38,620 bases of DNA. Source: an uncultured bacterium (GTDB lineage Bacteria; Bacillota; Clostridia; Oscillospirales; Butyricicoccaceae). A program made the position numbers and the translations under genes. The notes under the pieces are model-generated. The model did no database searches. It was not told the DNA's origin and saw nothing but the letters and a program-made list of their open reading frames with translations. The stretch is taken from NCBI GenBank assembly GCA_905215125.1, contig CAJMOV010000001.1, forward strand, positions 1 through 38,620, in the 5' to 3' direction. Shown here one piece after another: positions 27,006 through 38,620 of the stretch (position 1 is its first letter; each line of letters starts with the position of its first letter).

Positions 27006-28310
27006 ATGCAATTGTACACTCCGTCGGCGCTGCTTGACGCTGTCGTCAAAACGCTGGAAAGGGAACAGGGTGAGGTCATCGTTTCCACCTGGTTCAGCGA
27101 CGCGGAAGCCGTCGCCATCAAAAACGGCAAGCTGGTCATTTACACCCCCAATGAAGTCAAGCGGGAAACCATGCAGAAGTATTATTCCGACAACGTCCGC
27201 CAGGCGCTGCGCGAGCTGATGGGGGAGGATATCGAACCATTTTATCTCTGCGGCGAGGACGAGCTTAACCTCTGGAAAGCGGAAAATGACGACTCCATTT
27301 ACAGCAATTACACTTTTGAAAAATTCATCGTCGGCCCCAGCAACCGCTTTGCCCATGCGGCGGCCGTCGCCGTCGCAAACAGCCCAGCCGCCGTTTATAA
27401 CCCGCTTTTTATTTACGGCCAGTCCGGGCTGGGGAAAACCCATCTCCTCTACGCCATTGCCGGCGAGCTGCGGCGCAAGCACAGCGGCCTGCGCATCGTC
27501 TACGTCCGCGGCGACGAGTTCACCAACGAGCTGATTTCCGCCATCGAAACACGGGCGCGCAGCGATTTCCGCAGCAAGTACCGCCAAGCCGATCTGCTAC
27601 TCGTCGACGACATTCAATTTATCGCCGGCAAGGTGCAGACGCAGGAGGAATTTTTCCATACCTTCAATACCATGCACGAGGCGAGCAAGCAGATCGTCAT
27701 GACGTCCGACCGGCCCCCCAAGGAAATCCTGACGCTGGAGGACCGGCTGCGCACCCGCTTTGAATGGGGTCTTCTGGCTGATATCCAGCCGCCTGACCTA
27801 GAAACCCGAATGGCCCTCGTTTCAGCCAAGACAAAAGATCTCGGGTTTTCCCTTCCGCCCAATATCATCCAGTACATTGCCGAATGTATCCAAAGCAATG
27901 TGCGGCAGCTGGAAGGAGCCATTAAAAAAATCTACGCCCATCACACCCTGATGGGGCGCGAGCTCAACATGGAGCTGGCTCAGGACGCCATCCGCGATAT
28001 CTTCCGTGAAAATCCCGGCGCGCACCCGACGCCGGATCTCATTTTACAGGAGGTTTCATCCTTCTACAACGTGCCAGTCGACCGCATCTGCGGCAAATCC
28101 AAAACGCGCGACGTCGTCAAACCAAGACAGGCAGCCATATATCTTATCCGCGAGCTGGTCGGCCTTTCCCTGCCGGAAATCGGCGAGGTCATGGGACGCG
28201 ATCATTCCACCGTCTATTACGCCCTTCAACGCATGGAAGAACAGCTGAAAGAAGACCCGACAATCGTAAACGAAATCCAAGACATGCGGCAAAACATCAA
28301 AAACCGCTGA
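27006..28310 (+). CDS. dnaA: Chromosomal replication initiator protein DnaA
   Basis: Walker A GQSGLGKTHLL, VDDIQF, the sensor region, and the C-terminal DNA-binding HTH (RQAAIYLIRELVGLSLPEIGEVMGRDHSTVYYAL). ATG 27006 abuts the RBS, so TTG 27012 (6 nt after GGAG) may be the true start. Confidence 0.97.
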   Translation: MQLYTPSALLDAVVKTLEREQGEVIVSTWFSDAEAVAIKNGKLVIYTPNEVKRETMQKYYSDNVRQALRELMGEDIEPFYLCGEDELNLWKAENDDSIYSNYTFEKFIVGPSNRFAHAAAVAVANSPAAVYNPLFIYGQSGLGKTHLLYAIAGELRRKHSGLRIVYVRGDEFTNELISAIETRARSDFRSKYRQADLLLVDDIQFIAGKVQTQEEFFHTFNTMHEASKQIVMTSDRPPKEILTLEDRLRTRFEWGLLADIQPPDLETRMALVSAKTKDLGFSLPPNIIQYIAECIQSNVRQLEGAIKKIYAHHTLMGRELNMELAQDAIRDIFRENPGAHPTPDLILQEVSSFYNVPVDRICGKSKTRDVVKPRQAAIYLIRELVGLSLPEIGEVMGRDHSTVYYALQRMEEQLKEDPTIVNEIQDMRQNIKNR

Positions 28311-28530
28311 TTTTCCCCACAACTCACTGTGAAATCCATTTGACTTTATTTGAATTCATTTGGCTTTGGGAAAACGTTGAATAAGACCCGCCTTCATCCA
28401 CACCCCCCTTGGGACGACATAAACCAGACACTGCAAGCCTTTTCGCCCTCTTTCCACAAATTCAACCCCACTACTGCGGCTGCTATTATAAAAACTAAAA
28501 TCAGTATAAGCCGCCGAAAGGAGACATTTT
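28311..28530. other. Candidate oriC (dnaA-dnaN spacer) with DnaA-box-like sites and an AT-rich unwinding stretch
   Basis: Three same-orientation TTATCCACA-like sites: TCATCCACA at 28394-28402 (1 mismatch), TTCCCCACA at 28313-28321 (2 mismatches) and CTTTCCACA at 28450-28458 (2 mismatches). AT-rich ctattataaaaactaaaatcagtataa at 28484-28509. Coding-strand bias flips around here. Confidence 0.5.
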
Positions 28531-29640
28531 ATGCGCTTTTCCTGTGAAAAAGACATCCTGAACGACGCTATTTCCGTCTGCATCCACGCCGTAGCCTCCA
28601 AAAGCTCCATTGCGGCGCTGGAGGGCCTGCTCATTACGGCTGAATCCGACGTCAGCCTGTGCGGCTATAACTTCAAAACAGCCATTCAAAAAAGCTTCCA
28701 AGCCGATATCCTGGAAAAAGGGATTGCCGTCATCAACGCGCGTGTTTTAGCCGATATCGTACGCAAGCTGCCCGCTGACATCATTGAAATCTCCGTCAAT
28801 GAAAAGCTGATGGCTACCATCAAATGCGGCGCATCGGAATTCAACATCATGGCCACCCCTGCCGACGAATACCCCAGCCTGCCCGACGTCGACAGCGACG
28901 CCGGCGTCCGCGTTCAAAACGCCGTACTGCGCGACATGATTTCCCGCACCAGCTTTGCTATTTCCGATAACGAAAACAAGCCTATTCACACCGGCGCTTT
29001 ATTCGAAGTAGAGGATCAGCGCCTGACCATGGTGGCTGTCGACGGATACCGTATGGCCATCCGCCGCGCCGAGTGTCAAAACCTGCGGCACGGCGGCTTC
29101 AGCTTTGTCGTACCGGGAGATACCCTGCGGGAAATTTCCCGCATCCTGCCGGAGGACGAGGAATATACCACCGTCTATCCAGAGCGTAAGCACGCTTTGT
29201 TCCAGTTTAACGAAACCCTTGTCACCACCCGCCTGCTGGAAGGAGAATTTCTCAATTACCGAAACGCCATCCCGGCCGATCAGCCCATCCAGCTGGAGGT
29301 GGACGTCAAGACCATCATCGAATCGGTTGAACGCGTTTCCCTGATTATCTCGGAACGGCTGAAAAACCCCGTCCGCTGCCTGTTCGAAGAAAACAGTCTC
29401 AAGCTGTCCTGCATTACCGCGCTTGGCCGTTCCTATGACGAGCTTTCCATTCCCCATTGCCCGGAAACGGTGGAAATCGGCTTTAACAACCGCTATCTGC
29501 TCGACGCTCTGCGCGCCATCGGCGAAGACAGCTGTATTTTAGAGCTTAAAAGCGGCCTTTCCCCCTGCGTCTTCCGCCCGCAGGAAGGGGACGCATATTT
29601 GTATCTCGTCCTGCCTGTCCGCTTAAAGGCGGGTGAGTAA
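28531..29640 (+). CDS. dnaN: DNA polymerase III beta sliding clamp
   Basis: 369 aa of three-domain clamp length with an MRFSCEKDIL start. GAAAGGAGA RBS. Position directly after dnaA. Confidence 0.95.
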   Translation: MRFSCEKDILNDAISVCIHAVASKSSIAALEGLLITAESDVSLCGYNFKTAIQKSFQADILEKGIAVINARVLADIVRKLPADIIEISVNEKLMATIKCGASEFNIMATPADEYPSLPDVDSDAGVRVQNAVLRDMISRTSFAISDNENKPIHTGALFEVEDQRLTMVAVDGYRMAIRRAECQNLRHGGFSFVVPGDTLREISRILPEDEEYTTVYPERKHALFQFNETLVTTRLLEGEFLNYRNAIPADQPIQLEVDVKTIIESVERVSLIISERLKNPVRCLFEENSLKLSCITALGRSYDELSIPHCPETVEIGFNNRYLLDALRAIGEDSCILELKSGLSPCVFRPQEGDAYLYLVLPVRLKAGE

Positions 29641-29862
29641 ATGCCGCAACCGATTGCCATTCATTCCCCTTATATCAAGCTGGACAGCCTTCTCAAGCTG
29701 GCCAATCTCTGTATGAGCGGGGGAGAGGCCAAGACCCTGATCCTAGACGGCAAAGTGAGCGTCAACGGCAGCGTCTGTCTGCAAAGAGGAAAAAAAATCA
29801 TTCCTGGCGACGTGGTCGAATGTCTGGGTCAAGGCCTGAAGGTGACGGCGGATGAGACTTGA
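29641..29862 (+). CDS. yaaA: S4-domain RNA-binding protein YaaA
   Basis: 73 aa. IKLDSLLKLANLCMSGGEAKTLILDGKVSVNG, an S4-like fold. Conserved dnaN-yaaA-recF position. Confidence 0.85.
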   Translation: MPQPIAIHSPYIKLDSLLKLANLCMSGGEAKTLILDGKVSVNGSVCLQRGKKIIPGDVVECLGQGLKVTADET

Positions 29863-30958
29863 CCGTCTTACCCTTGCTTCCTTCCGCAATTATGTGCGTC
29901 AAAGCATAGCCTTTGCAGATGGAGTCAATATTCTGATCGGGGACAATGCACAGGGAAAAACCAATATTCTGGAAGCTGTATTTCTGCTGACGGGCAGCCG
30001 CTCCTGGCGCATTGCGCGCAAAAAAGAGCTTATCCGCTTCGGCGATGCGGCCGCCCGTATAGACGCGGATATTTATTCCCGCGGCCGCAGCTTTCAGGTA
30101 GAAATGACCATTCCGGCACAGGGCCGGGGGACGACAGCCGTCAACGGCGTGAAGGCCAAAAAAAACAGCCAGCTCTCTGATGTGCTGCGCTGCGTTGTTT
30201 TCGCCCCTGAGGATCTTTCCCTGTTGCGGGACGGCGCAGGGGCGCGGCGGCGGTTCCTTGACACCGCATTATGCCAGCTTCGGCCCCGTTACGCCGATTT
30301 GCTGGGCGATTACCAAAAGCTCATCGATCACAAAACCCGCCTGCTGCGTGAGGAAGAGCACCGCGACGCTATGCTGGCCGTTCTGCCCGACTTTAACGCC
30401 CGTATTGTTAAAACAGGGGCTGCCATTATCGGCTATCGTGCCCGCTTTACCGCCCTGCTGGCGCCGGTGTGCGAATCGTTTTACCGTGATATATCTGGCG
30501 GGCGTGAACACTTGCACATGCGCTATGCTACTTTGTCGACCGTCAACGATCCGGCCGCGCCGCAGGGGGAGATCGAACGGCAGTTTTTCCGCCATCTGGA
30601 AACCCATTATGACGCGGAGCTGCGCGCCGGGCAATGTCTTTCCGGCCCGCATAAGGACGATCTTGTTATGGAGATCGACGGCCGGCCCTGCCGGGCTTTC
30701 GCTTCTCAAGGGCAGACGCGATCGGCCGCCCTGGCTATGAAGTTTGCCGAACGCGAGCTTTTCTTTCAGGACGGGGGGGAATATCCCATTCTGCTGCTTG
30801 ACGATGTTTTGAGCGAGCTGGACAGTGCGCGGCAGGCTTATGTCGTCGAGCATACGCCGGGCGGGCAGTGTATCCTGACCTGCTGCGAAGAAAACGGGCG
30901 CTTTCCCTTTTCCGGCAACCGGCTGATCGTCCATCAGGGGGCCGTCGCCCCCGCGTAA
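29852..30958 (+). CDS. recF: DNA replication and repair protein RecF
   Basis: Walker A GDNAQGKTNILEA, signature SQGQTRSAALAMKFAE, Walker B ILLLDDVLSELD. Overlaps yaaA by 11 nt. Confidence 0.95.
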   Translation: MRLDRLTLASFRNYVRQSIAFADGVNILIGDNAQGKTNILEAVFLLTGSRSWRIARKKELIRFGDAAARIDADIYSRGRSFQVEMTIPAQGRGTTAVNGVKAKKNSQLSDVLRCVVFAPEDLSLLRDGAGARRRFLDTALCQLRPRYADLLGDYQKLIDHKTRLLREEEHRDAMLAVLPDFNARIVKTGAAIIGYRARFTALLAPVCESFYRDISGGREHLHMRYATLSTVNDPAAPQGEIERQFFRHLETHYDAELRAGQCLSGPHKDDLVMEIDGRPCRAFASQGQTRSAALAMKFAERELFFQDGGEYPILLLDDVLSELDSARQAYVVEHTPGGQCILTCCEENGRFPFSGNRLIVHQGAVAPA

Positions 30959-30973
30959 AAGGGAGGAAAATCC

Positions 30974-33204
<2,231 letters not shown>

Positions 33205-33288
33205 TTTTTCCGGCCTCAGCCGGCGTCCGCGCATATGCCAGCCGGAAAATTGCCGCTGGGCCCCCTATAAAGGACAGGTGAAAGAAAC

Positions 33289-35793
33289 TTGAGCGACCTT
33301 CAATTTGAAAACCAGGTCATCATCCCCGTTGAGCTGGGGAAAGAGATGGAAAAATCCTTTATCAGCTATGCCATGAGCGTTATTGTTTCTCGCGCGCTGC
33401 CCGACGTGCGCGACGGGCTCAAGCCAGTGCATCGGCGCATCCTGTACGCCATGTACGAGGACAACCTGACGGCCGACAAGCCTTACCGCAAGGCGGCGAC
33501 GACGGTCGGCAATGTGCTGGGCCGCTACCATCCGCATGGCGACGCCAGCGTTTATGACGCTATGGTGCGCATGGCGCAGGATTTTTCCCTTCGCTACCCG
33601 ATGATCGAAGGCCACGGCAACTTTGGATCCATCGACGGTGATCCGCCGGCCGCCTACCGTTATACGGAAGCGCGCATGTCCCGCCTGGCGGCCGAAATGA
33701 TGACCGACATTGAAAAGGAAACGGTTGATTGGGGCCCCAATTTTGATGAGAAGCGCAAGGAGCCGACCGTTCTGCCCTCGCGCTTTCCCAGCCTGCTGGT
33801 CAACGGCTCTTCGGGCATTGCAGTCGGTATGGCGACCAACATCCCCCCACACAACCTGCGCGAGGTCATAGACGCCGCCTGCCTGCTCATCGACAACCCC
33901 GAAGCGCAGATGGAGGATCTTTGCCAGCACATCAAGGGCCCTGACTTCCCGACCGGGGGCATTATCATGGGCCGTAGCGGCATCCGCGCCGCTTACGCCA
34001 CCGGCAAGGGCAAGATCATTGTGCGCGCCCGCGCCGAGATCGAGGAGTGGAAGGAAGGCCGCTATCGCATCGTCGTCACGGAAATCCCCTATATGGTCAA
34101 CAAGGCGCGGCTGGTGGAAAGCATCGCCGACCTGCACCGTGAAAAGCGCATCGAAGGCATCACCGATCTGCGCGACGAAAGCGACCGCGAGGGGATGCGC
34201 ATCGTCATCGAGCTGCGGCGCGATGCCAACGCCCAGGTTGTGCTCAACCGCCTTTTCCAGTATACCCAGATGCAGGAGACCTTTTCGGTCAATATGCTTT
34301 CCCTTGTCGACGGCCAGCCGCGCATCCTGCCGCTGCGGGAAATGCTGGATTATTATATCAAGTTCCAGTTTGAGGTGGTTGTGCGCCGCACAAAATACGA
34401 CCTGCGCAAGGCAGAGGAGCGCGCCCATATCCTGGAGGGCCTTGCCATCGCCTGCGACAACATCGACGAGGTCATCCACATCATCCGCACCAGCTACGAC
34501 AATGCGCGCGAGCGCCTGATGGAGCGCTTTGGCATCAGCGAAATCCAGGCCCAAGCCATTCTGGAAATGCAGCTGCGCCGCCTTCAGGGGCTGGAACGTG
34601 AAAAGATCGAAGCCGAATTGAGCGCCCTGCACATTAAAATCGCTGAATATAAGGAAATCCTGGCGTCGGATGAAAAGGTCTATGCCATTGTCAAGACGGA
34701 GATGCAGGATATCGCCCGGCGCTTCGGCGACGAGCGCCGCACTGAGATTTCCCATATGGAAAACGAAATTGACATCGAAGCGCTCATTCCCGAGGAAACG
34801 TGCGTTTACACCCTGACTAACCTGGGCTACATCAAGCGGATGCCGACGGCGGCATACCGCGCCCAGCGCAGGGGAGGCCGCGGCGTCACCGGCGTAACGA
34901 CGAGGGAGGAGGATTTTGTCGAAACCATCTTTACCGCTTCGACCCATGACAACATCCTTTTCTTTACAAACTCAGGCAAGGTGCAGCGTCTGCGCGGTTA
35001 TCAGGTGCCGGAAAGCTCGCGTACGGCAAAGGGTATGAACATCGTCAACCTGCTGCAGCTGGAAGGCGGGGAGAAAATTGCCGCCATGATCCCCATACAG
35101 GAATTTTCTGACGAACAGTATATTTTCTTTACCACAAAGCAGGGTACTGTCAAGCGTATCCACCTGCCCATGCTGCGCACAGCGCGCAAGGCGGGCGTGC
35201 GCGCCATCAGCCTGGACGAAGGGGACGAGCTGGTCAACGTCCGCCTGACGGGCGGCAATGACTATATCACTTTGGCCACCCGGCAGGGCTACGTCATTCG
35301 CTTCCGGGAAACAGAGGTGCGCGCAATGGGGCGCGACGCTGCCGGCGTGCGCGGCATCCGCCTGCGCGAAGGGGACGAGGTGGTTGGCGCCGCGCGCGTG
35401 CGCGAAGGAGGCTACCTGCTGACCGTAACGGAAAACGGTTACGGGAAGCTGACCGATCCCTCCGAATATACCGAGCATCACCGCGGCGGCAGCGGCGTTA
35501 CCGCCCATAACCTGACGGATAAGACAGGGGATCTCGTCGGCATCAAATGCGTCACCCTGGACGACGATCTGCTGCTCATGACAAGTGAAGGGGTCATCAT
35601 TCGCACCGGCTGCGACAGCATCCGCATCTGCGGCCGCGTGTCGCAAGGCGTCATCCTGGTCCGTCTGGCAGAAGGGGTAAAGGTTATCTCCCTTGCCCGT
35701 ACCGCAAAAGAGGAAGAAGACGCGGCCGAAAGCGCGGAAGAGACGGCTGATCTGCCGGAAAGCGCGGGTACAGATGAAGAGAATCAGGGTTAA
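33289..35793 (+). CDS. gyrA: DNA gyrase subunit A
   Basis: TTG start. [40 protein letters not shown] (QRDR) and the active-site Tyr region [11 protein letters not shown]-terminal beta-pinwheel repeats and an acidic tail. Confidence 0.98.
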   Translation: MSDLQFENQVIIPVELGKEMEKSFISYAMSVIVSRALPDVRDGLKPVHRRILYAMYEDNLTADKPYRKAATTVGNVLGRYHPHGDASVYDAMVRMAQDFSLRYPMIEGHGNFGSIDGDPPAAYRYTEARMSRLAAEMMTDIEKETVDWGPNFDEKRKEPTVLPSRFPSLLVNGSSGIAVGMATNIPPHNLREVIDAACLLIDNPEAQMEDLCQHIKGPDFPTGGIIMGRSGIRAAYATGKGKIIVRARAEIEEWKEGRYRIVVTEIPYMVNKARLVESIADLHREKRIEGITDLRDESDREGMRIVIELRRDANAQVVLNRLFQYTQMQETFSVNMLSLVDGQPRILPLREMLDYYIKFQFEVVVRRTKYDLRKAEERAHILEGLAIACDNIDEVIHIIRTSYDNARERLMERFGISEIQAQAILEMQLRRLQGLEREKIEAELSALHIKIAEYKEILASDEKVYAIVKTEMQDIARRFGDERRTEISHMENEIDIEALIPEETCVYTLTNLGYIKRMPTAAYRAQRRGGRGVTGVTTREEDFVETIFTASTHDNILFFTNSGKVQRLRGYQVPESSRTAKGMNIVNLLQLEGGEKIAAMIPIQEFSDEQYIFFTTKQGTVKRIHLPMLRTARKAGVRAISLDEGDELVNVRLTGGNDYITLATRQGYVIRFRETEVRAMGRDAAGVRGIRLREGDEVVGAARVREGGYLLTVTENGYGKLTDPSEYTEHHRGGSGVTAHNLTDKTGDLVGIKCVTLDDDLLLMTSEGVIIRTGCDSIRICGRVSQGVILVRLAEGVKVISLARTAKEEEDAAESAEETADLPESAGTDEENQG

Positions 35794-36130
35794 GCCTGGA
35801 AAAGGTTCAAGCACAGTCGGGTTTGCCGGCGGGCTGCTCTTTGTGGGGATAGGTATTTTTGTCGTCATCCCCACCTTTGGGTGGTTTGGCGTGATATGGA
35901 CCCTTTTTGCAGGGATCATCACGGCGGTCAACGGCGTCAACGCTTTCTCGAACCAAGGTGTCGCCAGCCATGAAATCATCATCGACGATGAAGGCGGAGA
36001 GCCTTCTGTCCTTTCTCCGGGCAGGGACTCGGCCGAACGGCTGCAAACGCTGCGCGATTTGTACGACCGCCGCCTCATCACCGAGGAAGAATATGAAAAG
36101 CGTCGTACCGAGATTTTAAACGAGCTATGA
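35774..36130 (+). CDS. Small membrane protein with a C-terminal SHOCT domain
   Basis: 118 aa with two TM helices ([31 protein letters not shown]). SHOCT-like [31 protein letters not shown]. The start lies inside the last 20 nt of gyrA, and the stop overlaps the rnhA ATG. Confidence 0.7.
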   Translation: MKRIRVKPGKGSSTVGFAGGLLFVGIGIFVVIPTFGWFGVIWTLFAGIITAVNGVNAFSNQGVASHEIIIDDEGGEPSVLSPGRDSAERLQTLRDLYDRRLITEEEYEKRRTEILNEL

Positions 36131-36570
36131 ATATGAAGCAAGTGGAAATTTACACCGACGGATCCTGCTCGGGCAACCCCGGCCCGGGCGGATGGGGGGC
36201 CATATTACGATATAAGGGACGCGAACGAGAACTGTCGGGCGGCGAGCATGAGACAACCAATAACCGCATGGAGCTGACGGCCGCCATCTGTGCGCTGGAA
36301 ACGCTGACAGAGCCGTGCGAGGTGACGCTGTATTCCGATTCGCAGTATCTGTGCAAGGCCATCAATGAAAACTGGCTGAAAGGCTGGGTGTCGCGCGGCT
36401 GGAAAAAGAGCGACAAAAGCCCTGTGCTTAACGCCGATTTGTGGCAGAAGCTGCTTGTGCAGTTAAACCGGCATAAAGTGGAAATGATATGGGTGAAAGG
36501 CCATGCCGACAACCCCTTTAATAACCGATGCGACGCCCTTGCAGTGCGGCAGACCAATAATTTCAAATAG
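36127..36570 (+). CDS. rnhA: Ribonuclease HI
   Basis: [32 protein letters not shown] and [17 protein letters not shown] (DEDD catalytic pattern). ATG 36133 is an alternative start. Confidence 0.93.
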   Translation: MNMKQVEIYTDGSCSGNPGPGGWGAILRYKGRERELSGGEHETTNNRMELTAAICALETLTEPCEVTLYSDSQYLCKAINENWLKGWVSRGWKKSDKSPVLNADLWQKLLVQLNRHKVEMIWVKGHADNPFNNRCDALAVRQTNNFK

Positions 36571-36573
36571 GGC

Positions 36574-36602
36574 TTGTAATCTTCACTAAAATGGTGTATA
36601 TT
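36574..36602 (+). promoter_or_regulatory. Candidate promoter for nifS-nifU
   Basis: -35 TTGTAA (36574-36579), 17-nt spacer, -10 TATATT (36597-36602). Confidence 0.5.
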
Positions 36603-36643
36603 AAAGGCGTAAAAAATCCTGCTTAGGGAGTTGAGATGAAAAT

Positions 36644-37813
36644 ATGGATTATCGTTTGGTTTATGCCGACAACGCCGCAACGACTGCCGTGGCACCCGAG
36701 GTGCTGGAGAAGATGCTGCCCTTCTTCGGCCAGCATTACGGCAACGCGTCGACGCTGTACAAGCTGGGCCAGGCCAGCCATAAGGCGATGGAGGAAGCGC
36801 GCGAGAATGTCGCCGCTGTCATTGGCGCCAGCCCCAAGGAAATTTTCTTTACTGGCAGCGGTACGGAATCGGATAACATGGCCCTGCGCGGCCTGATGCA
36901 CAGCAAGCAGGCCAAGGGAAGGAAGCACCTCATCACCACGACCTTTGAACACCACGCCATTTTGCATACGGCCCAGGCGCTGGAAAAGGAAGGCTTCCGC
37001 GTCACCTATCTGCCCGTTGATCTGACAGGCATGGTCGATTTGCAGGCGCTGGAAAACGCCATTACAGAGGATACCGCCCTGGTTTCCATCATGGCGGCCA
37101 ATAACGAAATCGGTACTATCCAGCCTTTGGAGGAAATCGGCCGAATTTGCCGCAAAAAAGGGGTCTATTTCCATACGGACGCCGTGCAGGCGTTTGGCCA
37201 CATTCCCATTGACGTCAACGCAATGAACATTGATATGCTGTCCCTGTCGGCCCATAAAATCTGCGGGCCAAAGGGCACGGGGGCCATCTATATCCGTTCC
37301 GGCATCATGCTCGAGCCGGTCATCACCGGCGGCGGACAGGAGAAAAACCGCCGTAGCGGTACGGAAAACATCCCCGGCATTGTCGGTCTGGGCGAGGCGG
37401 CGCGCATCAAGCGCGAAACCATGCAGGCCGAAGCTGAGCGCGTGCGCGCCATGCAGCGCCGGCTGATTGACGGCGTGCTGTCCACCATCCCCGAAGTGGT
37501 TCTGACCGGCCACCCGGAAAAACGGCTGCCGGGCATTTGCAGCTTTGCCATTTCAGCCATTGAAGGGGAGAGTCTGGTTCTCATGCTCGATATGAAGGGC
37601 ATCAGCGCCAGCACTGGCTCGGCCTGTTCGACCGGCTCGCTCGACCCCAGCCACGTCCTGATGGCCATTGGCCTGAGCCATGAGACGTCGCACGGGTCGC
37701 TGCGCATATCCCTGGGCGAATACAATACGGAAAAAGACGTCGATTATATCCTGCAGGAGCTGCCCGCTGTCGTTGCGCGCCTGCGCGAGATGTCGCCCGT
37801 CTGGCACAAGTAA
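36644..37813 (+). CDS. nifS: Cysteine desulfurase (NifS/IscS type, class I)
   Basis: YADNAATT, SLSAHKICGPKG (PLP Lys), SASTGSACSTGS (catalytic Cys loop) and SLRISLG motifs. Confidence 0.93.
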   Translation: MDYRLVYADNAATTAVAPEVLEKMLPFFGQHYGNASTLYKLGQASHKAMEEARENVAAVIGASPKEIFFTGSGTESDNMALRGLMHSKQAKGRKHLITTTFEHHAILHTAQALEKEGFRVTYLPVDLTGMVDLQALENAITEDTALVSIMAANNEIGTIQPLEEIGRICRKKGVYFHTDAVQAFGHIPIDVNAMNIDMLSLSAHKICGPKGTGAIYIRSGIMLEPVITGGGQEKNRRSGTENIPGIVGLGEAARIKRETMQAEAERVRAMQRRLIDGVLSTIPEVVLTGHPEKRLPGICSFAISAIEGESLVLMLDMKGISASTGSACSTGSLDPSHVLMAIGLSHETSHGSLRISLGEYNTEKDVDYILQELPAVVARLREMSPVWHK

Positions 37814-37823
37814 GGAGAGTATT

Positions 37824-38264
37824 ATGTATTCTGAAAAAGTCATGGATCACTTTACCAACCCCCGCAACGTCGGCGAGCTGGAGGACGCCAACGCCATTGG
37901 TGAGGTCGGCAATCTCAAATGCGGCGACATCATGAAGATCTACATGAAGATCGAAAATGATGTTATCATTGACTGCAAGTTTAAGACGTTCGGCTGCGGC
38001 GCGGCCGTCGCTACGTCGAGCATGGCGACTGAAATGGTTAAGGGAAAAACGGTGCAGGAAGCACTGGCGCTGACCAACAAAGCCGTTATGGAAGCGCTGG
38101 ACGGCCTGCCCCCGGTCAAGGTGCATTGCTCGGTGCTGGCTGAGGAGGCCATCAAATCAGCCCTGGCCGATTACTACAAGCGCCAGGGTCTTGACCCGAC
38201 GCCTTATATCGGCTGCACTGGCGAGTGCGAGCATTGTCACGACGTACACCACCACGAAGAATAA
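37824..38264 (+). CDS. nifU: Fe-S cluster assembly scaffold (NifU N-terminal / IscU type) with a Cys/His-rich C-terminal tail
   Basis: Three scaffold Cys residues (NLKCGD, FGCGAAVATSS, VHCSVLA). AAGGAGA RBS 5 nt upstream. The tail is CTGECEHCHDVHHHEE. Confidence 0.92.
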   Translation: MYSEKVMDHFTNPRNVGELEDANAIGEVGNLKCGDIMKIYMKIENDVIIDCKFKTFGCGAAVATSSMATEMVKGKTVQEALALTNKAVMEALDGLPPVKVHCSVLAEEAIKSALADYYKRQGLDPTPYIGCTGECEHCHDVHHHEE

Positions 38265-38308
38265 AAAAAAGAAGGGCGCAGTCCCGAATTTACAGAGCTA
38301 AAGGGAAA

Positions 38309-38337
38309 GGGCAAATACGATGGTATTTGCCCTTTTT
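38309..38337 (+). terminator. Rho-independent terminator after nifU
   Basis: gggcaaatac-gatg-gtatttgccc hairpin followed by ttttt. Confidence 0.85.
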
Positions 38338-38620
38338 CATATGCAGCCGTTGCGCAAGGGAAAGATCGCCGGACGATTCTCATTTCCCTGCAAGGGGAAA
38401 AGCTGACATGCCCGATTGCGGCGTTTAACGCCGGATGTAAGTATTTCCCCCCGAAATTGCTGCGCAGAGGGCAAGCGCAAATTGCAGGATGAATCAGGCT
38501 GTGATGATATGATAAGGCCGGGAAGCCGATCAGTCTGTATTTCTGCCAAATAGAGGATTGTAAATAGCTTTCCTTCTATGTAAGTGGCAAACTCCCCGTC
38601 AAAGCCAGGCAGAACATGAG

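Noticed and set aside
33205-33288. Hairpin ccggc-ctca-gccgg, with an outer ttttccggc...gccggaaaa pairing, between gyrB and gyrA as a terminator.
   Set aside because: There is no U-run after the stem and gyrA follows immediately. It is more likely a neutral or mRNA-stability structure, with insufficient evidence for a regulatory call.
34972-36141. 389-aa minus-strand ORF overlapping the gyrA 3' end and the SHOCT gene.
   Set aside because: Antisense to coding sequence supported by motifs, with no start context or motifs of its own. A high-GC artefact.
38337-38549. 70-aa minus-strand ORF and the overlapping plus-strand ORF 38225..38428.
   Set aside because: Neither has an RBS or motifs. One overlaps the nifU terminator and the other overlaps nifU out of frame.

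Overview
This looks like the chromosomal replication-origin neighbourhood of a high-GC Firmicute, probably a Clostridia or Oscillospiraceae-like organism. That guess rests on GGAGG-type ribosome-binding sites (RBS) and the Firmicute gene order dnaA-dnaN-yaaA-recF-remB-gyrB-gyrA. All product calls come from motifs I recognise in the supplied translations; no database search was possible.

Gene content, left to right:
- 5'-truncated S41 peptidase, followed by a degenerate MetH-like protein.
- A visibly lower-GC islet: SAM methyltransferase, divergent TetR regulator, orphan family-5 ABC solute-binding lipoprotein and a small membrane protein.
- A gapA-less glycolytic operon on the minus strand (pgk-tpiA-gpmI-eno) with its own near-consensus promoter, and trmL.
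- tdh-kbl (threonine to glycine).
- A tightly packed minus-strand operon of 10 genes: modABC, moeA, a MoeA-like MoCF protein, moaA, a MobB-MoaC fusion, a MogA-MOSC fusion and two unknown mini-genes. A candidate Moco riboswitch with a terminator lies in front of it.
- Divergent mrp/apbC, then an orphan citC-like ligase coupled to an unknown protein, then mnmA.
- The origin cluster, followed by a SHOCT membrane protein, rnhA and nifS-nifU.

I found no transposase, integrase, CRISPR array, tRNA or rRNA, and no clear-cut novel multi-gene system such as a defence system.

The observations most worth a second look:
1. A roughly 50-bp duplication of the eno 3' end, flanking a 150-bp GC-rich hairpin-dense insert that sits upstream of the real eno terminator.
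2. A DnaJ-type zinc-finger mini-protein and a signal-anchored protein translationally joined to the end of the Moco operon.
3. The fused and incomplete Moco gene set.
4. The orphan citC-like gene pair.
5. An origin region with very few consensus DnaA boxes.
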